Below the pieces are notes generated by a model, which worked only from the letters and a program-made list of their open reading frames with translations, was not told where the DNA came from and did not search any database. Source: an uncultured Gemmatimonadales bacterium (GTDB lineage Bacteria; Gemmatimonadota; Gemmatimonadetes; Gemmatimonadales; Gemmatimonadaceae). Taken from it: a DNA stretch of 64,000 nt. Location of the stretch: the NCBI GenBank assembly GCA_963850905.1, contig CAWKMU010000003.1:2560001-2624000 (forward strand), written 5' to 3'. The position numbers and the translations under genes were made by a program. This document shows positions 8,358 to 17,677 of this stretch, piece after piece (position 1 is the stretch's first letter; each line of letters opens with the position of its first letter).

Positions 8358-10553
8358 ATGATGATGCTCTCGTTGCTCGACGCTGCGCTGACCTACGCGC
8401 GCCGGGGCTGGGCCGTCTTTCCCTGCCATGACACGCGGGCCCGGAAGTGCAGCTGCGGCCATCCAGACTGTGACTCACCCGGCAAGCACCCGCGCACGGC
8501 GCATGGCGGCAAGGATGCCACGACGGACGCGGATGTCATTCGCGGCTGGTGGACTAAGTGGCGCGATGCGAACATCGGCATCGCCACGGGGGCTGTGAGC
8601 CGTCTGGTGGTGGTGGATGTCGATGGCTCAGATGCGGAGTGTGCCATCGCGCCATACCTCGCGGCCGTGACGGGTCCGTTGTTCGTGGTGCGCACCGGTC
8701 GGGGGCGACACCTCTATTTCGCTGAGCCAGCGACGCCGCTCGGCAACCGCGCCAACGTCCTGCCGCATGTCGATGTCCGTGGAACTGGTGGGTATGTCAT
8801 TGGCGCCCCGAGAGTGCATGTCACGGGCCCAGTGTACGAGACTGACGACCTACTGGCGCCACTGCCGATCATCCCGGACCCCTTGTTCGCATTGCTCGCC
8901 CCATCATCGGCGTCACCAGCGCTGGCCAATGGCGAGGGTTCGCTCTGGACTCCCGCACTACACGGACCTGACGAAATCGACCGGCGGGTCCGGGGCTACA
9001 TGGCGACGCTGCCAACGGGGATGCATGACGGGGACGGCCGCGACAATGTCGCGTACCAGCTGGCGACCTTCGTGGGTCGCGATCTGGGGCAGCCGTTCGA
9101 TGTTGCGCTCGAGTTCCTCAAGGAATGGGACCGAGGGAACGCGGAGCCACTCGGGGATGCGCTGCTCGAGGTCAAGCTCACCTCGGCGCTCAATAGCAAA
9201 TCACCGACGGCGCGCGCGATCGGTTCAGGACTCGACCGACCGATGGTGCCACGGCCGATTGTCAGCGACACGCCGACGGCAGCGGACGATGATGGTCGTG
9301 GTGATGAGGATGTGGGACTCGTGCCCTGGCCAGCGGATTTGGCGGATGTCGCTTATCGCGGAATCGCCGGTGAGTTCGTGCGCGTGGTCGGGGACGCGAC
9401 CGAAGCCGACGCCAGTGCCGTCCTGGTGCAGTTCCTGGTCGCCGCTGGCAATCTGATGGGGCGACACCACTACGTCACGTTGGACGTGGCCGAGCACTAC
9501 TCCAACCTGAACGTCGTCCTGGTGGGCTCGACCTCGCTGGGTCGGAAGGGGACGGCCTGGTCGGTCGTGCGCGCACTGCTCAAGGCCGTCGAGCCCGAGT
9601 TCGATCGCCGCGTGGTCTCTGGGTTCCAGAGCGGGGAAGGGCTCATTCATCAGGTGCGTGACGCCGAATGGGGCGTCGACAAGAACGGGATGCCGACCTT
9701 GATCGATGAGGGCGTCGAGGACAAGCGGTGTCTGATCGTCGAGAGTGAGTTCGGCCGGATGCTGCGCACGATGGCGAAGGACGGTTCGACACTGTCGCCA
9801 GTCTTTCGGCTGGCGTTCGACACTGGCACGCTTAACATCCCCGCCAAGACGACGCGGAACAAAGCGACGGGTGCGCACCTCTCGATGGTCGGGCACGTCA
9901 CCAAAGCCGAACTCCGCCGTCGGCTGGAGGCGGACGAGATCGAGAACGGGTTCGCGAATCGGATGCTGTGGTGGGCCTCGCGCCGATCGAAAGTGCTGCC
10001 ACGGGGTGGGGCGATCGACGTCGATCGGTTCAAGACTGTTGTGGCTGACCTGGGGATCGCCCTGCGACTCGCAACCGCTCAAGAGGAGATGGCGTTCAGT
10101 GTCACCGGTGCGGCGTGCTTCGATGCCATGTATCGGGAGGATTTCGGGATCGAGGTGTCCGGACGACTCAATGATCTCACGGCGCGTGGGTCGGCCATCA
10201 TCGCGCGGCTGGCGCTGATCTATGCGTTGTTGGATCTGGCCCAATCAATCGGGCCTGAGCATGTCGAGGCTGCGCGGGCGGTGTGGGACCGGAGCGTGGC
10301 GACCGTGGCGTACATCCTGGGCGCCAGCCTCACAGACCCGCTGGTCGGTCGACTGATTGAGGTATTTCGCACCCGGGGAGAAGGCCGGGTTTTTCGCACA
10401 GCCGAACTCTATAACGCGTTGGGCCACAGCGTGACCCGGAACAAGCTGCACGACGCGCTCGAGCTGCTCGAGGACCGGGAAATGATTCGGCACGACACGG
10501 TCCACGGCCGTGGTCGGCCGGTCCACCAGTTCTGGTGGGTCGGCCGTGCTTAA
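8358..10553 (+). CDS. Bifunctional primase-polymerase fused to DUF3987-type helicase-like ATPase
   Basis: GWAVFPC, CSC..C..PGKHP, NIGIATG, VVDVD, TGRGRHLYF, DVRGTGGYV (Prim-Pol); G.TSLGRKG, SGEGL, ESEFG, NGFANR; winged-helix-like C-terminus. Confidence 0.88.
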   Translation: MMMLSLLDAALTYARRGWAVFPCHDTRARKCSCGHPDCDSPGKHPRTAHGGKDATTDADVIRGWWTKWRDANIGIATGAVSRLVVVDVDGSDAECAIAPYLAAVTGPLFVVRTGRGRHLYFAEPATPLGNRANVLPHVDVRGTGGYVIGAPRVHVTGPVYETDDLLAPLPIIPDPLFALLAPSSASPALANGEGSLWTPALHGPDEIDRRVRGYMATLPTGMHDGDGRDNVAYQLATFVGRDLGQPFDVALEFLKEWDRGNAEPLGDALLEVKLTSALNSKSPTARAIGSGLDRPMVPRPIVSDTPTAADDDGRGDEDVGLVPWPADLADVAYRGIAGEFVRVVGDATEADASAVLVQFLVAAGNLMGRHHYVTLDVAEHYSNLNVVLVGSTSLGRKGTAWSVVRALLKAVEPEFDRRVVSGFQSGEGLIHQVRDAEWGVDKNGMPTLIDEGVEDKRCLIVESEFGRMLRTMAKDGSTLSPVFRLAFDTGTLNIPAKTTRNKATGAHLSMVGHVTKAELRRRLEADEIENGFANRMLWWASRRSKVLPRGGAIDVDRFKTVVADLGIALRLATAQEEMAFSVTGAACFDAMYREDFGIEVSGRLNDLTARGSAIIARLALIYALLDLAQSIGPEHVEAARAVWDRSVATVAYILGASLTDPLVGRLIEVFRTRGEGRVFRTAELYNALGHSVTRNKLHDALELLEDREMIRHDTVHGRGRPVHQFWWVGRA

Positions 10554-10627
10554 TTCCTTAGTTCCCTTTTCTCCGGAGTGTTTCCCGGAGCAAAAACGGT
10601 CCAGAATTAAGGGAGTTAAGGAATTAA
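10550..10627. repeat. AT-rich 19-bp inverted repeat, candidate replication origin
   Basis: TTAATTCCTTAGTTCCCTT (10550-10568) vs AAGGGAGTTAAGGAATTAA (10609-10627), 17/19 complementary; directly after the primase stop. Confidence 0.6.
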
Positions 10628-10654
10628 GTCACTCGGTAGTGCGGAATACCACGG

Positions 10655-11074
10655 ATGACTGACCTGCTCACGTGGGCTCAAGGCCGGACGTGGCCAGTCC
10701 CTTACGCGGACCCGCCGTGGCCCTACCGCTTCTCGCGATCGAAGCGTCGGCGCGTCGAACGGCACTTCCACACGATGAGTGTTGACGAGATTGCCGCCGA
10801 GCCAGTGGCCGACATTGCCGAGCGGAACGCAGTGCTCTTCCTCTGGGGGACGGCCCCAAAGCGACGTGAGGCGCAGGCCGTCATGGCTGCGTGGGGGTTT
10901 GAGTACGTGACCGACTGGGTGTGGGACAAGCGGCGCACTCCGCGCGACCTTGGCGCTGGCTACTGGGGCCGTGTCAATCACGAGTACGTCCTGATTGGCA
11001 GGCGCGGCAAGAGGGGCGTCACGCTGGTGTTACCCTTCTTCGGACCATTCGCTCGGACCGTGCCGAAGCGTTGA
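10655..11074 (+). pseudogene. MT-A70 family N6-adenine methyltransferase, C-terminally truncated
   Basis: YADPPW, TMSVDEI, LFLW, AWGFEY, GYW.R..HEYVLIG; the expected HS.KP and ELFAR motifs are absent. Confidence 0.75.
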
Positions 11075-11397
11075 CCCAGCTTAGGGGGCCAGCCTGCAAA
11101 CCTTTTCGGCGGCTGGGCGGTCTCAACACGAGTATCCGGCTGCGCCATCTGGCTGTCGCGGCCTGGCGTACGGGCGACACCGCTGGCTTCAAGGGGGCTG
11201 TGTCCTTCGCACTCCAAGGGTCATGGGCAGATAACGCCAGCTCTCATCCATGAAACTCGTCCGCTATGGTGCGTCCAACATGATCGTCGACACGCCCCAT
11301 TCCGGTTATTCGTACCGAACTGATTGGGCATCTGACCGTGACCGAGGTCTTCTACGAGCCACGCGTGAGGCTCAGAACACATTTCCACGAGCTCCGC

Positions 11398-12864
11398 ATG
11401 AAACGGGTTCTGCTGCGTTTGATCGTATTTGGGGGTTTAGTCGCCACTCGACCTGCATGGGCCGATCAACTCGATTTTCGGCTCCAGCCGCCGAAGCGTG
11501 CGTTGACGCAGGCGCCGGCGGAGTTATCGGGGCTTTGGCTTTGGCGAACTGAGGGCTACGGATACGTCATACAGGTGGTCGGTGACTTGCTCAAGGCGTT
11601 CGAGGTGACTGATCTGAGCTGTATCCCGAGTTTCCAGGCGCGTCAGGTCGAGCAGGACGGATCGCGCGTCGTTTTCCAGCGAGTGGACGACTCGTCGAGG
11701 CTCGTATTCGTCGGTGCCACGGGAGCGGCCGATCAAGGCCGCCTGACCTATACTAACGCCGAATCGGACATGATTTTGCATCGCGTGGACTCATTCCCCG
11801 CGGTCTGTGACCGGACCACGGCCGATAACTCTATCACCAACTTCGACGTGTTCTGGGAAACGTATCGAGAGCAGTATCCGTTTTTTCATCTCCACCACGT
11901 GGACTGGCAAGCCACGCGTGATCACTTTCGCCCTCGCGTCATCCATGCGTCGCCCCCTGAGCTCTTCGGTGTGCTCCGCGCGATGATCGAGCCGCTTCAC
12001 GATCACCACACCTACATCTACTCGACCACGGACACATTGCTCGACTATGGCGGTGAGCGCCCCGATCCCGATCCGATCGGTGACGCCGGTCGTGCGCGGG
12101 CGCTCGAGATCATACAGAATCGTTTCCTCGTCGTTCCTCTCCGTTCGTTGGCCAACGGCAAGGTGTCGTTCGGCATGCTGCGGGACTCCATCGGATATCT
12201 GCGGCTGATGGGGTTCGGGGCGTACTATCCGGACAGAAGCTACGAGCGGCAGGGAGAGGATAGGTTCGCGGCCGATCTGCGTGCGCTGGACGCCGCGCTC
12301 GACACGATCTTCGCGTCCTCCGCTGGATGGCGAGGGCTCGTCATCGACATGCGGCTCAGTCACGGTGGTGCCAGTGCACTCGGCTTGGCGATCGCCAGCC
12401 GGCTGGCGACGGCGCCTTACACGGCTTATGCCATAGTTGCGCGTCGCGATCCAAATGACCCGACGCTCATGACCGCTCCGCAGCTCGCCATGGTCGTGCC
12501 AAGCGCGCGGCCGGGATGGCATGGGCCGGTGGTCGAGCTCACAAGCCGCTACAGCGTAAGCGCCGTCGAGACATTCACGCAGGCGCTCATGGGCCGCCGT
12601 CCGGCGGTCGATCGAATCGGAGAGCACACGAATGGAGTGTTCTCTGGTGTCCCGAACCGTCACCTGCCGAACGGGTGGATCTTTGGCCTCCCCAACGAGC
12701 TCTATCTCACCGAGCGCGGTACAAGCTTCGACGTCTCCGGGATCCCACCGACGATCCCCGTTCCGACGCTCAGGACGGCGGATCTCGCCGCGGGCAGGGA
12801 TCCGGGACTCGATCGCGCGATCGCAGTGCTGTCGGCGGGACGGGTGGACTCGCCGAAGAAGTAG
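11398..12864 (+). CDS. Secreted S41 family peptidase (cargo)
   Basis: Signal peptide ending AWA; NFDVFW, IGYLRL, LVIDMR..GG, SAVETF (catalytic Ser), IGEHTNG, GIPP. Confidence 0.85.
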   Translation: MKRVLLRLIVFGGLVATRPAWADQLDFRLQPPKRALTQAPAELSGLWLWRTEGYGYVIQVVGDLLKAFEVTDLSCIPSFQARQVEQDGSRVVFQRVDDSSRLVFVGATGAADQGRLTYTNAESDMILHRVDSFPAVCDRTTADNSITNFDVFWETYREQYPFFHLHHVDWQATRDHFRPRVIHASPPELFGVLRAMIEPLHDHHTYIYSTTDTLLDYGGERPDPDPIGDAGRARALEIIQNRFLVVPLRSLANGKVSFGMLRDSIGYLRLMGFGAYYPDRSYERQGEDRFAADLRALDAALDTIFASSAGWRGLVIDMRLSHGGASALGLAIASRLATAPYTAYAIVARRDPNDPTLMTAPQLAMVVPSARPGWHGPVVELTSRYSVSAVETFTQALMGRRPAVDRIGEHTNGVFSGVPNRHLPNGWIFGLPNELYLTERGTSFDVSGIPPTIPVPTLRTADLAAGRDPGLDRAIAVLSAGRVDSPKK

Positions 12865-12919
12865 TCGGGTTACCTTGCCGCCGCCGCCCATTAAACGCAG
12901 TCCGGTCGTGCAACGGCCA

Positions 12920-13162
12920 ATGACAAGCAAGATCCCGGACCCGGAGCGTCCGGCCGTCGTCGTCCACGTCCAGGGCAGTCCGTCGTTTCTCCTCATGCGG
13001 AACGCCCAGGCGATTCAAGCACACCGCAGGGACATTGCGGCGTTCAATGCGAAGCCCGCGCGCGCTGTGGACGCCCGTCGGGAGCGCACGCGCAAGGCCG
13101 CCGAGCGCGAAGCGATCGCCGAGAAGCGTCAGCAGATGGGAACGATCGGCGTCGGGTCCTAA
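12920..13162 (+). CDS. Small basic hypothetical protein
   Basis: 80-aa ORF from ATG 12920 ending 19 bp before the TerS-like gene. Confidence 0.35.
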   Translation: MTSKIPDPERPAVVVHVQGSPSFLLMRNAQAIQAHRRDIAAFNAKPARAVDARRERTRKAAEREAIAEKRQQMGTIGVGS

Positions 13163-13181
13163 ATCGGGTAATAGTGAACCG

Positions 13182-13688
13182 GTGGCTCGATACTGTACCA
13201 TTTGTCGCCATCCTCGACGTCGCGCGATCGAGCGATCGCTGTGGTGCGCGACAGAGTACGAGATCGCCGCGCGATACCGCGTTAGCCGAGCAGCTGTCCA
13301 GCGCCATGCGGCCGAGCACGTCAAGGTCCAACGCGACGAGCAGATGCAGCACGCGGTCGCCGCCGCCTGGTCCGACTTTGAGACGGTGTGGCAACGTGCG
13401 GTGGCGCATGTGGTGAAGGTCGAGCAACACGGCGAGTATCGGGACGTCATCTCGGCCCTCGCACTCATGGGCTCGCTCTGGGAGAAACGCACCCGGGCGC
13501 TCGGCATGGTGTCGGCACCGTCGGTGCATGTCGACGCGTCGCAGCGGACGGCGAACGTGACGCAGCTCATCTCGAGCGGCGCTCGGTTCGGCACCATGAT
13601 CGAACAGCTCGAGCCATCGTTTCCCGGTATCACGGCTGCCATCGTGCGACAACTCACGGCACCATCGAATGACGTGCATACCGAGTGA
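13182..13688 (+). CDS. Zn-finger/HTH protein, putative terminase small subunit
   Basis: CTICRHP...IAARYRVSRAAVQRH...H followed by helical region; overlaps the start of the terminase ATPase. Confidence 0.6.
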   Translation: MARYCTICRHPRRRAIERSLWCATEYEIAARYRVSRAAVQRHAAEHVKVQRDEQMQHAVAAAWSDFETVWQRAVAHVVKVEQHGEYRDVISALALMGSLWEKRTRALGMVSAPSVHVDASQRTANVTQLISSGARFGTMIEQLEPSFPGITAAIVRQLTAPSNDVHTE

Positions 13689-14460
13689 CCTCGAGTGCCG
13701 CGCTGCGCTCTGGGCGCTGGATCCGGCGGCGTTCGCTCGAGCGTGTGGCTTTGAGCCGGATCCGTGGCAGCTCGAGGCGTTGCGCAGTGCACACCGCCAG
13801 CTCGCGTTCAACTGCTCGCGGCAGAGCGGAAAGACGACGACGACGGCGGTACTGGCTGCCCGGGAGGCCGTCTTGCATCCCGAATCGCTGACGCTGGTCT
13901 ACGCCCGAGCACAGCGGCAAGCCGTCGAACTCTTGCGGAAGGTGAAGGGCGCGCTGGCCGCATTAGGTGACGCCGCACCGCCGCTCATTCGCGACAACGA
14001 GCAGGACGTGGAACTAGAGACGCATGCCAGAGTGTTGGCGCTGCCATCGACGGAACACACGACGCGCGGCTTCAGTGCGCCACGGCTCGTCGTGTTCGAC
14101 GAAGCGGCGAGAGTAAGTGACGACCTGTATTACGCTGTAAGGCCTATGCTCGCGGTATCACAAGGCCGATTGGTTCTCTTGTCGAGCAGCTGGAACGCGT
14201 CCGGCTTTTTCTACGAGGTGATGACCGGCGGCGATCCCAACTGGCACCGCATTGCTGTGCCCGCGTCCAAGTGTCCGCGACTGTCGAAAGCGTGGCTGGC
14301 CGAAGAGCGTGACGCCATTGGCGAGCGCGCGTATCGCCGCGAATACCAGTTGGAGTTCGGCAGCACCGACGAAACCGTGTTCGACCGTGACGTCATCGAC
14401 CGGTTCTTTTGCTCGACGTATCCGCCGCTGCACCCGCCGCCGCTGCGTCGGATCGCATGA
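13669..14460 (+). CDS. Terminase large subunit, stand-alone ATPase domain
   Basis: PDPWQ Q-motif, CSRQSGKTT Walker A, VVFDEAA Walker B, LLSS motif III, GFFY, REYQLEF. Confidence 0.88.
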   Translation: MTCIPSDLECRAALWALDPAAFARACGFEPDPWQLEALRSAHRQLAFNCSRQSGKTTTTAVLAAREAVLHPESLTLVYARAQRQAVELLRKVKGALAALGDAAPPLIRDNEQDVELETHARVLALPSTEHTTRGFSAPRLVVFDEAARVSDDLYYAVRPMLAVSQGRLVLLSSSWNASGFFYEVMTGGDPNWHRIAVPASKCPRLSKAWLAEERDAIGERAYRREYQLEFGSTDETVFDRDVIDRFFCSTYPPLHPPPLRRIA

Positions 14461-15312
14461 GGCGCGCCGTCGTCGGTTTTGATCCCGGCAAGCTGCGCGA
14501 TCGCGCGGGACTCTCCGTCATGTGGATCGACGATCACGTGCTGCCGTACGCCGAGCAAGTCAACGGGTTGTTCGGCGGCAACGATCACGCCGTCAACGTG
14601 TTGCCCTTTCCCGGCGAATCCGCACAGTCCCACGCGACCCGCGTCCGGCAAGTCGAGCGCGAAGAACCCGGCGCCATCGCCACGGCGCTCGTAGAGAACC
14701 GGCGACAGCAGCCGATCCGTCGCACTGGCGATATCGTGCATATGCGAACTCTTGCCGCGCGGCATGTCGTATCCGGACATGGCGCGACGGATCGTGCGGG
14801 AGTTGGCGCTCCCCGCGTTGCAGGCGCCGAGCGGCGGCAGTATCGTCACGCTCACCACGCCGTTCTTGGTGTTCGATCAAGGCGGCGTCGGTGAAGCCCT
14901 CTCCGACATTTTCCGCGAGATGAGGATCACCCACCGCCGCGGGATCTGGAGCACCACCGGCGACAAGCCGCATTTCGAGAAAGGCACGTGGTACGTCTCG
15001 AAGTACGAACTGGTGACGACGACCCAGGTGGCCATGCAGCGAGACCCGCCGGACCTCCAATGCGTCGAGAGTATCCCGGACGTCCACGCTCTGCGCGCCG
15101 AGTTGAACAACTATCGCGTCGTCGAGAGTCCGTCGGGCCGCGACATCTTCGGCGCGCAAGAGGACAGTCGGGACGACGAGCGGCGGATCAACGACGACCT
15201 GCTGTCGTCCATTTTCGTCGCCTGGTGGTTCGGTAGTAAAAAGCTGGAACTCACCGTGCCGACGGGCGCGGACTACGCGTCGGTTGTGCGCCCAGTCGCC
15301 CGCCCCGATTGA
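14457..15312 (+). CDS. Terminase large subunit, stand-alone RNase H-like nuclease domain (+1 frameshift at ~14751)
   Basis: ATGA overlap with ATPase; VGFDPG..D in the first frame; LPRGMSYP, FDQGGVG and NDDLL..IFVAWW in the 14752 frame; removing one base at 14751 joins them. Confidence 0.75.
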
Positions 15313-15718
15313 TCCGGACTCATCCAACAGCGTGACGTACCTGAATGCGCACGGCTGCACCGCGTACTTCGACGCGAAGGGCCGGTTTAGCACCTATACC
15401 TGCGATAAGGACTCCGCTGCGACGCATCGGTTTTTGGCCGCCTTCGAGCGCGAGATAGAAACTCGTGAACGCATGGAAAAGGAGGGAGGCGTGCTTCACG
15501 CATTAAGTGAGGATCTGGAGGCATTGCAGGCCTTGGGCGGAGCGAATGCCACATCCGCTGACACTCGCGCAAATTATGACGAGACCCTCAGACTCCATGC
15601 AGCGGCGCAAGAGACCTACGACTCCCTAGATGCCGCACACGCGATCGCCGCAGAGGATGTTGAGCACGAAAATGCGGTGCGCAGGTACCATGAGGCCCAC
15701 CCGAGTTCACCCCAGTAA
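15284..15718 (+). CDS. Hypothetical acidic helical protein (start uncertain)
   Basis: Co-oriented ORF filling the gap between nuclease and right end; no motif recognised. Confidence 0.4.
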   Translation: MCAQSPAPIDPDSSNSVTYLNAHGCTAYFDAKGRFSTYTCDKDSAATHRFLAAFEREIETRERMEKEGGVLHALSEDLEALQALGGANATSADTRANYDETLRLHAAAQETYDSLDAAHAIAAEDVEHENAVRRYHEAHPSSPQ

Positions 15719-15819
15719 CAGCAAGGTGGTCGCTCAGGGCTTGCTTCAAGCTGCTGGACGGAACAGACTTTATTTCCTTAATTCCCGAGCGCTCTGACGG
15801 CTTTTTTGGCCTCGATCCT

Positions 15820-15839
15820 TGGCACTACGCTTGGCACTA
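15820..15839 (+). repeat. 20-bp direct repeat, putative arm-type site (right)
   Basis: Identical to 7562-7581. Confidence 0.75.
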
Positions 15840-15924
15840 TAGGTCGTGCATTCCGGTATCGCGCTGTGATGTGCGGTGGTGCGGCGTGAGAGTGCGGCAG
15901 GGACTGTACCTCTGGTGGTACAGT

Positions 15925-15967
15925 CTTGCCAAGGTTGGGGTCGCGGGTTCGAGTCCCGTTTCCCGCT
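15925..15967 (+). repeat. attR: duplicated 3' half of tRNA-Gly
   Basis: CTTGCCAAGGTTGGGGTCGCGGGTTCGAGTCCCGTTTCCCGCT identical to 7446-7488; starts at the anticodon loop; no 5' half. Confidence 0.95.
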
Positions 15968-15974
15968 CTGAGAT

Positions 15975-16009
15975 AAGCTCGTAGCCGTCACGCGGTTACG
16001 AGCTTTTTT
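15975..16009 (+). terminator. Intrinsic terminator after attR
   Basis: AAGCTCGTAGCCG-tcacg-CGGTTACGAGCTT then T run. Confidence 0.8.
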
Positions 16010-16262
16010 CGTCTCCTGCGGGGGATGGGCCTCCTCTTGAGTGCAGTGCGGGTGCAGTAGAGGTCAGCAAGTCCTCTCGCTTGTTTCGTTCCGCGCCAGT
16101 GGGCAGAAACCGACCACAGAGCTCGAGCGTGAGGCGCGGAGAGGCGTGACCCGGCCGGGTCTGCGGCACGGGAATCGGTGTGCCGATGCAGGCGCGGATC
16201 GCGGCTGCGTCCCGAGCAACTCAGTGTTATAGCGCGCGCATGCGTGCTGCGCGACTGGTGTC

Positions 16263-16328
16263 ATAGCGACTGCCTATTGTCCCGATCCAAACAAAGTATT
16301 TGGCGCGCGAACGGTGCCTGCGTACCCT
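16263..16328 (+). promoter_or_regulatory. LysR-type regulated promoter, copy A
   Basis: ATAG-N7-CTAT-N11-AAACAAAGTA-TTTGGC-N18-TACCCT; same spacing as copies at 19687 and 57460. Confidence 0.7.
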
Positions 16329-16365
16329 TGCTTACCGACAGCCCGCGTACCGCAGGAGGACCGTG

Positions 16366-17677
16366 ATGACGAGCGCCGTCAGCGACCTGATGACCCAATC
16401 GTCGACGTCGAAGAGTGGCCTTCGGATGGCGATGATCGCGGGGGCCGGACTGACATTGTCGATCGTCGCTCTGTTGGCCCGGATGGCTGGCATACTGGCC
16501 GCCGGCCCCACCACACTGATCGTGCTGATCGGCGCGGCAATCGGCATCAAGGTCGCCTTTTCGTACGCTGCGAACGCAGCGTCGGCGCCGAGCCGCGCGC
16601 GAGTGGCGAGTATCGTTTCGACGGTGGGGTTGGCGATCTCCGGAGTGACGATACTCGCCGCGCTCCCGCATCTCACCAAGTCGGCGGGAATCGGAACTTT
16701 CGGCATCGACCTCCTCGCACAGATGTGGACGCTGACGGTTCTCGCGGTAGCCGCTGGATCAGTGCGGACGCTGGGGTGGCGCACGTTTGTCGGCGCTGGC
16801 ACCGCGGGGTTTCTCGCCGTGTCCGCGCTCGCCGTTGCCCTCGGAAGTCCGGTCGTGACCGCCTTTGCCCCGTCAGGTATCGCGGCGGCAGGTCGATCAA
16901 GCCTATTCGCCGTCGCCGCGTGGGTGCCATTCACCGAGGAGCTGTGCAAGCAAATCCCGGCGGCCTTTGTCATTATCGTTGCGCTGCGCCGTAGGGCTGT
17001 ACGACCGTCAGCGCTCGATCTCATGCTGCTGAGCGCCTGGACTGGCGCCGGATTCGCGTTGTACGAGAACGCCATCTACGGCAGGGGGTTCTTTCAACTG
17101 TTCGCGGTGCCGCCGTTCACGCTGCTATTTCCCGCTGAGTACACGGGCAGGTCGCTTGCAGCGGCGGGCTATGGGATCCGAATGACGAATTCGGGCTTGG
17201 CCCAGCTGCATGGCGGTCATTCTCGTACTCTCCGCTCTCATCGGACTCGGCATTGGCCTCAGCCTGCTCTACAGGAAACGATTCCGTCGTCCAGGTCTCT
17301 TCCTGCTCGCCGCGGCGCTGACGTCACTTCTCGAACACGCCGTGGCCGGCACGTTTGCGGTGGCCGGTATGGACCCGCCGGCGTACGCTGAACTTTTGTT
17401 GACACTGACCCTCGGTGGATATCTCTCGTCGCTCCTGCTGATCGTGGGAATCGGGTACGCGCTTTATATCGAGCGGCGCGCGATCGGCGCGGTCGCCTCT
17501 CGCCCACAGGATTGGTTGCGGCTGCTCCGGCCTGAAGCGTGGTTTCAGCTCTCCCCGGCCGAGGCCCAGCGCCGCGCCGTGCTCCTCGCGCGGGCGCAAC
17601 TCGGGGAGGTTGCCTCTTCATCGATGCAGCTGAACTCGTCTCCATCCATGGCAGCGGGTCAGGGGAGTCTCCGATGA
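16366..17677 (+). CDS. PrsW-family intramembrane glutamic protease (+1 frameshift at ~17221)
   Basis: AGGAGG RBS; multi-TM; PFTEELCK, GAGFALYEN, GH|LVLSALIGLG across the shift, LLEHA. Confidence 0.75.

Larger units (their letters stand above)
7446..15978. mobile_element. Phage-satellite-like integrated element at tRNA-Gly (8,479 bp between att copies), no integrase found
   Basis: 43-bp identical direct repeat 7446-7488 / 15925-15967 (plus 10 further matches after one mismatch) flanking SSB-like, primase-helicase, MTase and terminase genes. Confidence 0.88.

Noticed and set aside
15925..15967. Second tRNA-Gly gene
   Set aside because: Only the anticodon loop to 3' end is present; no D arm or 5' acceptor strand, so it is an att copy
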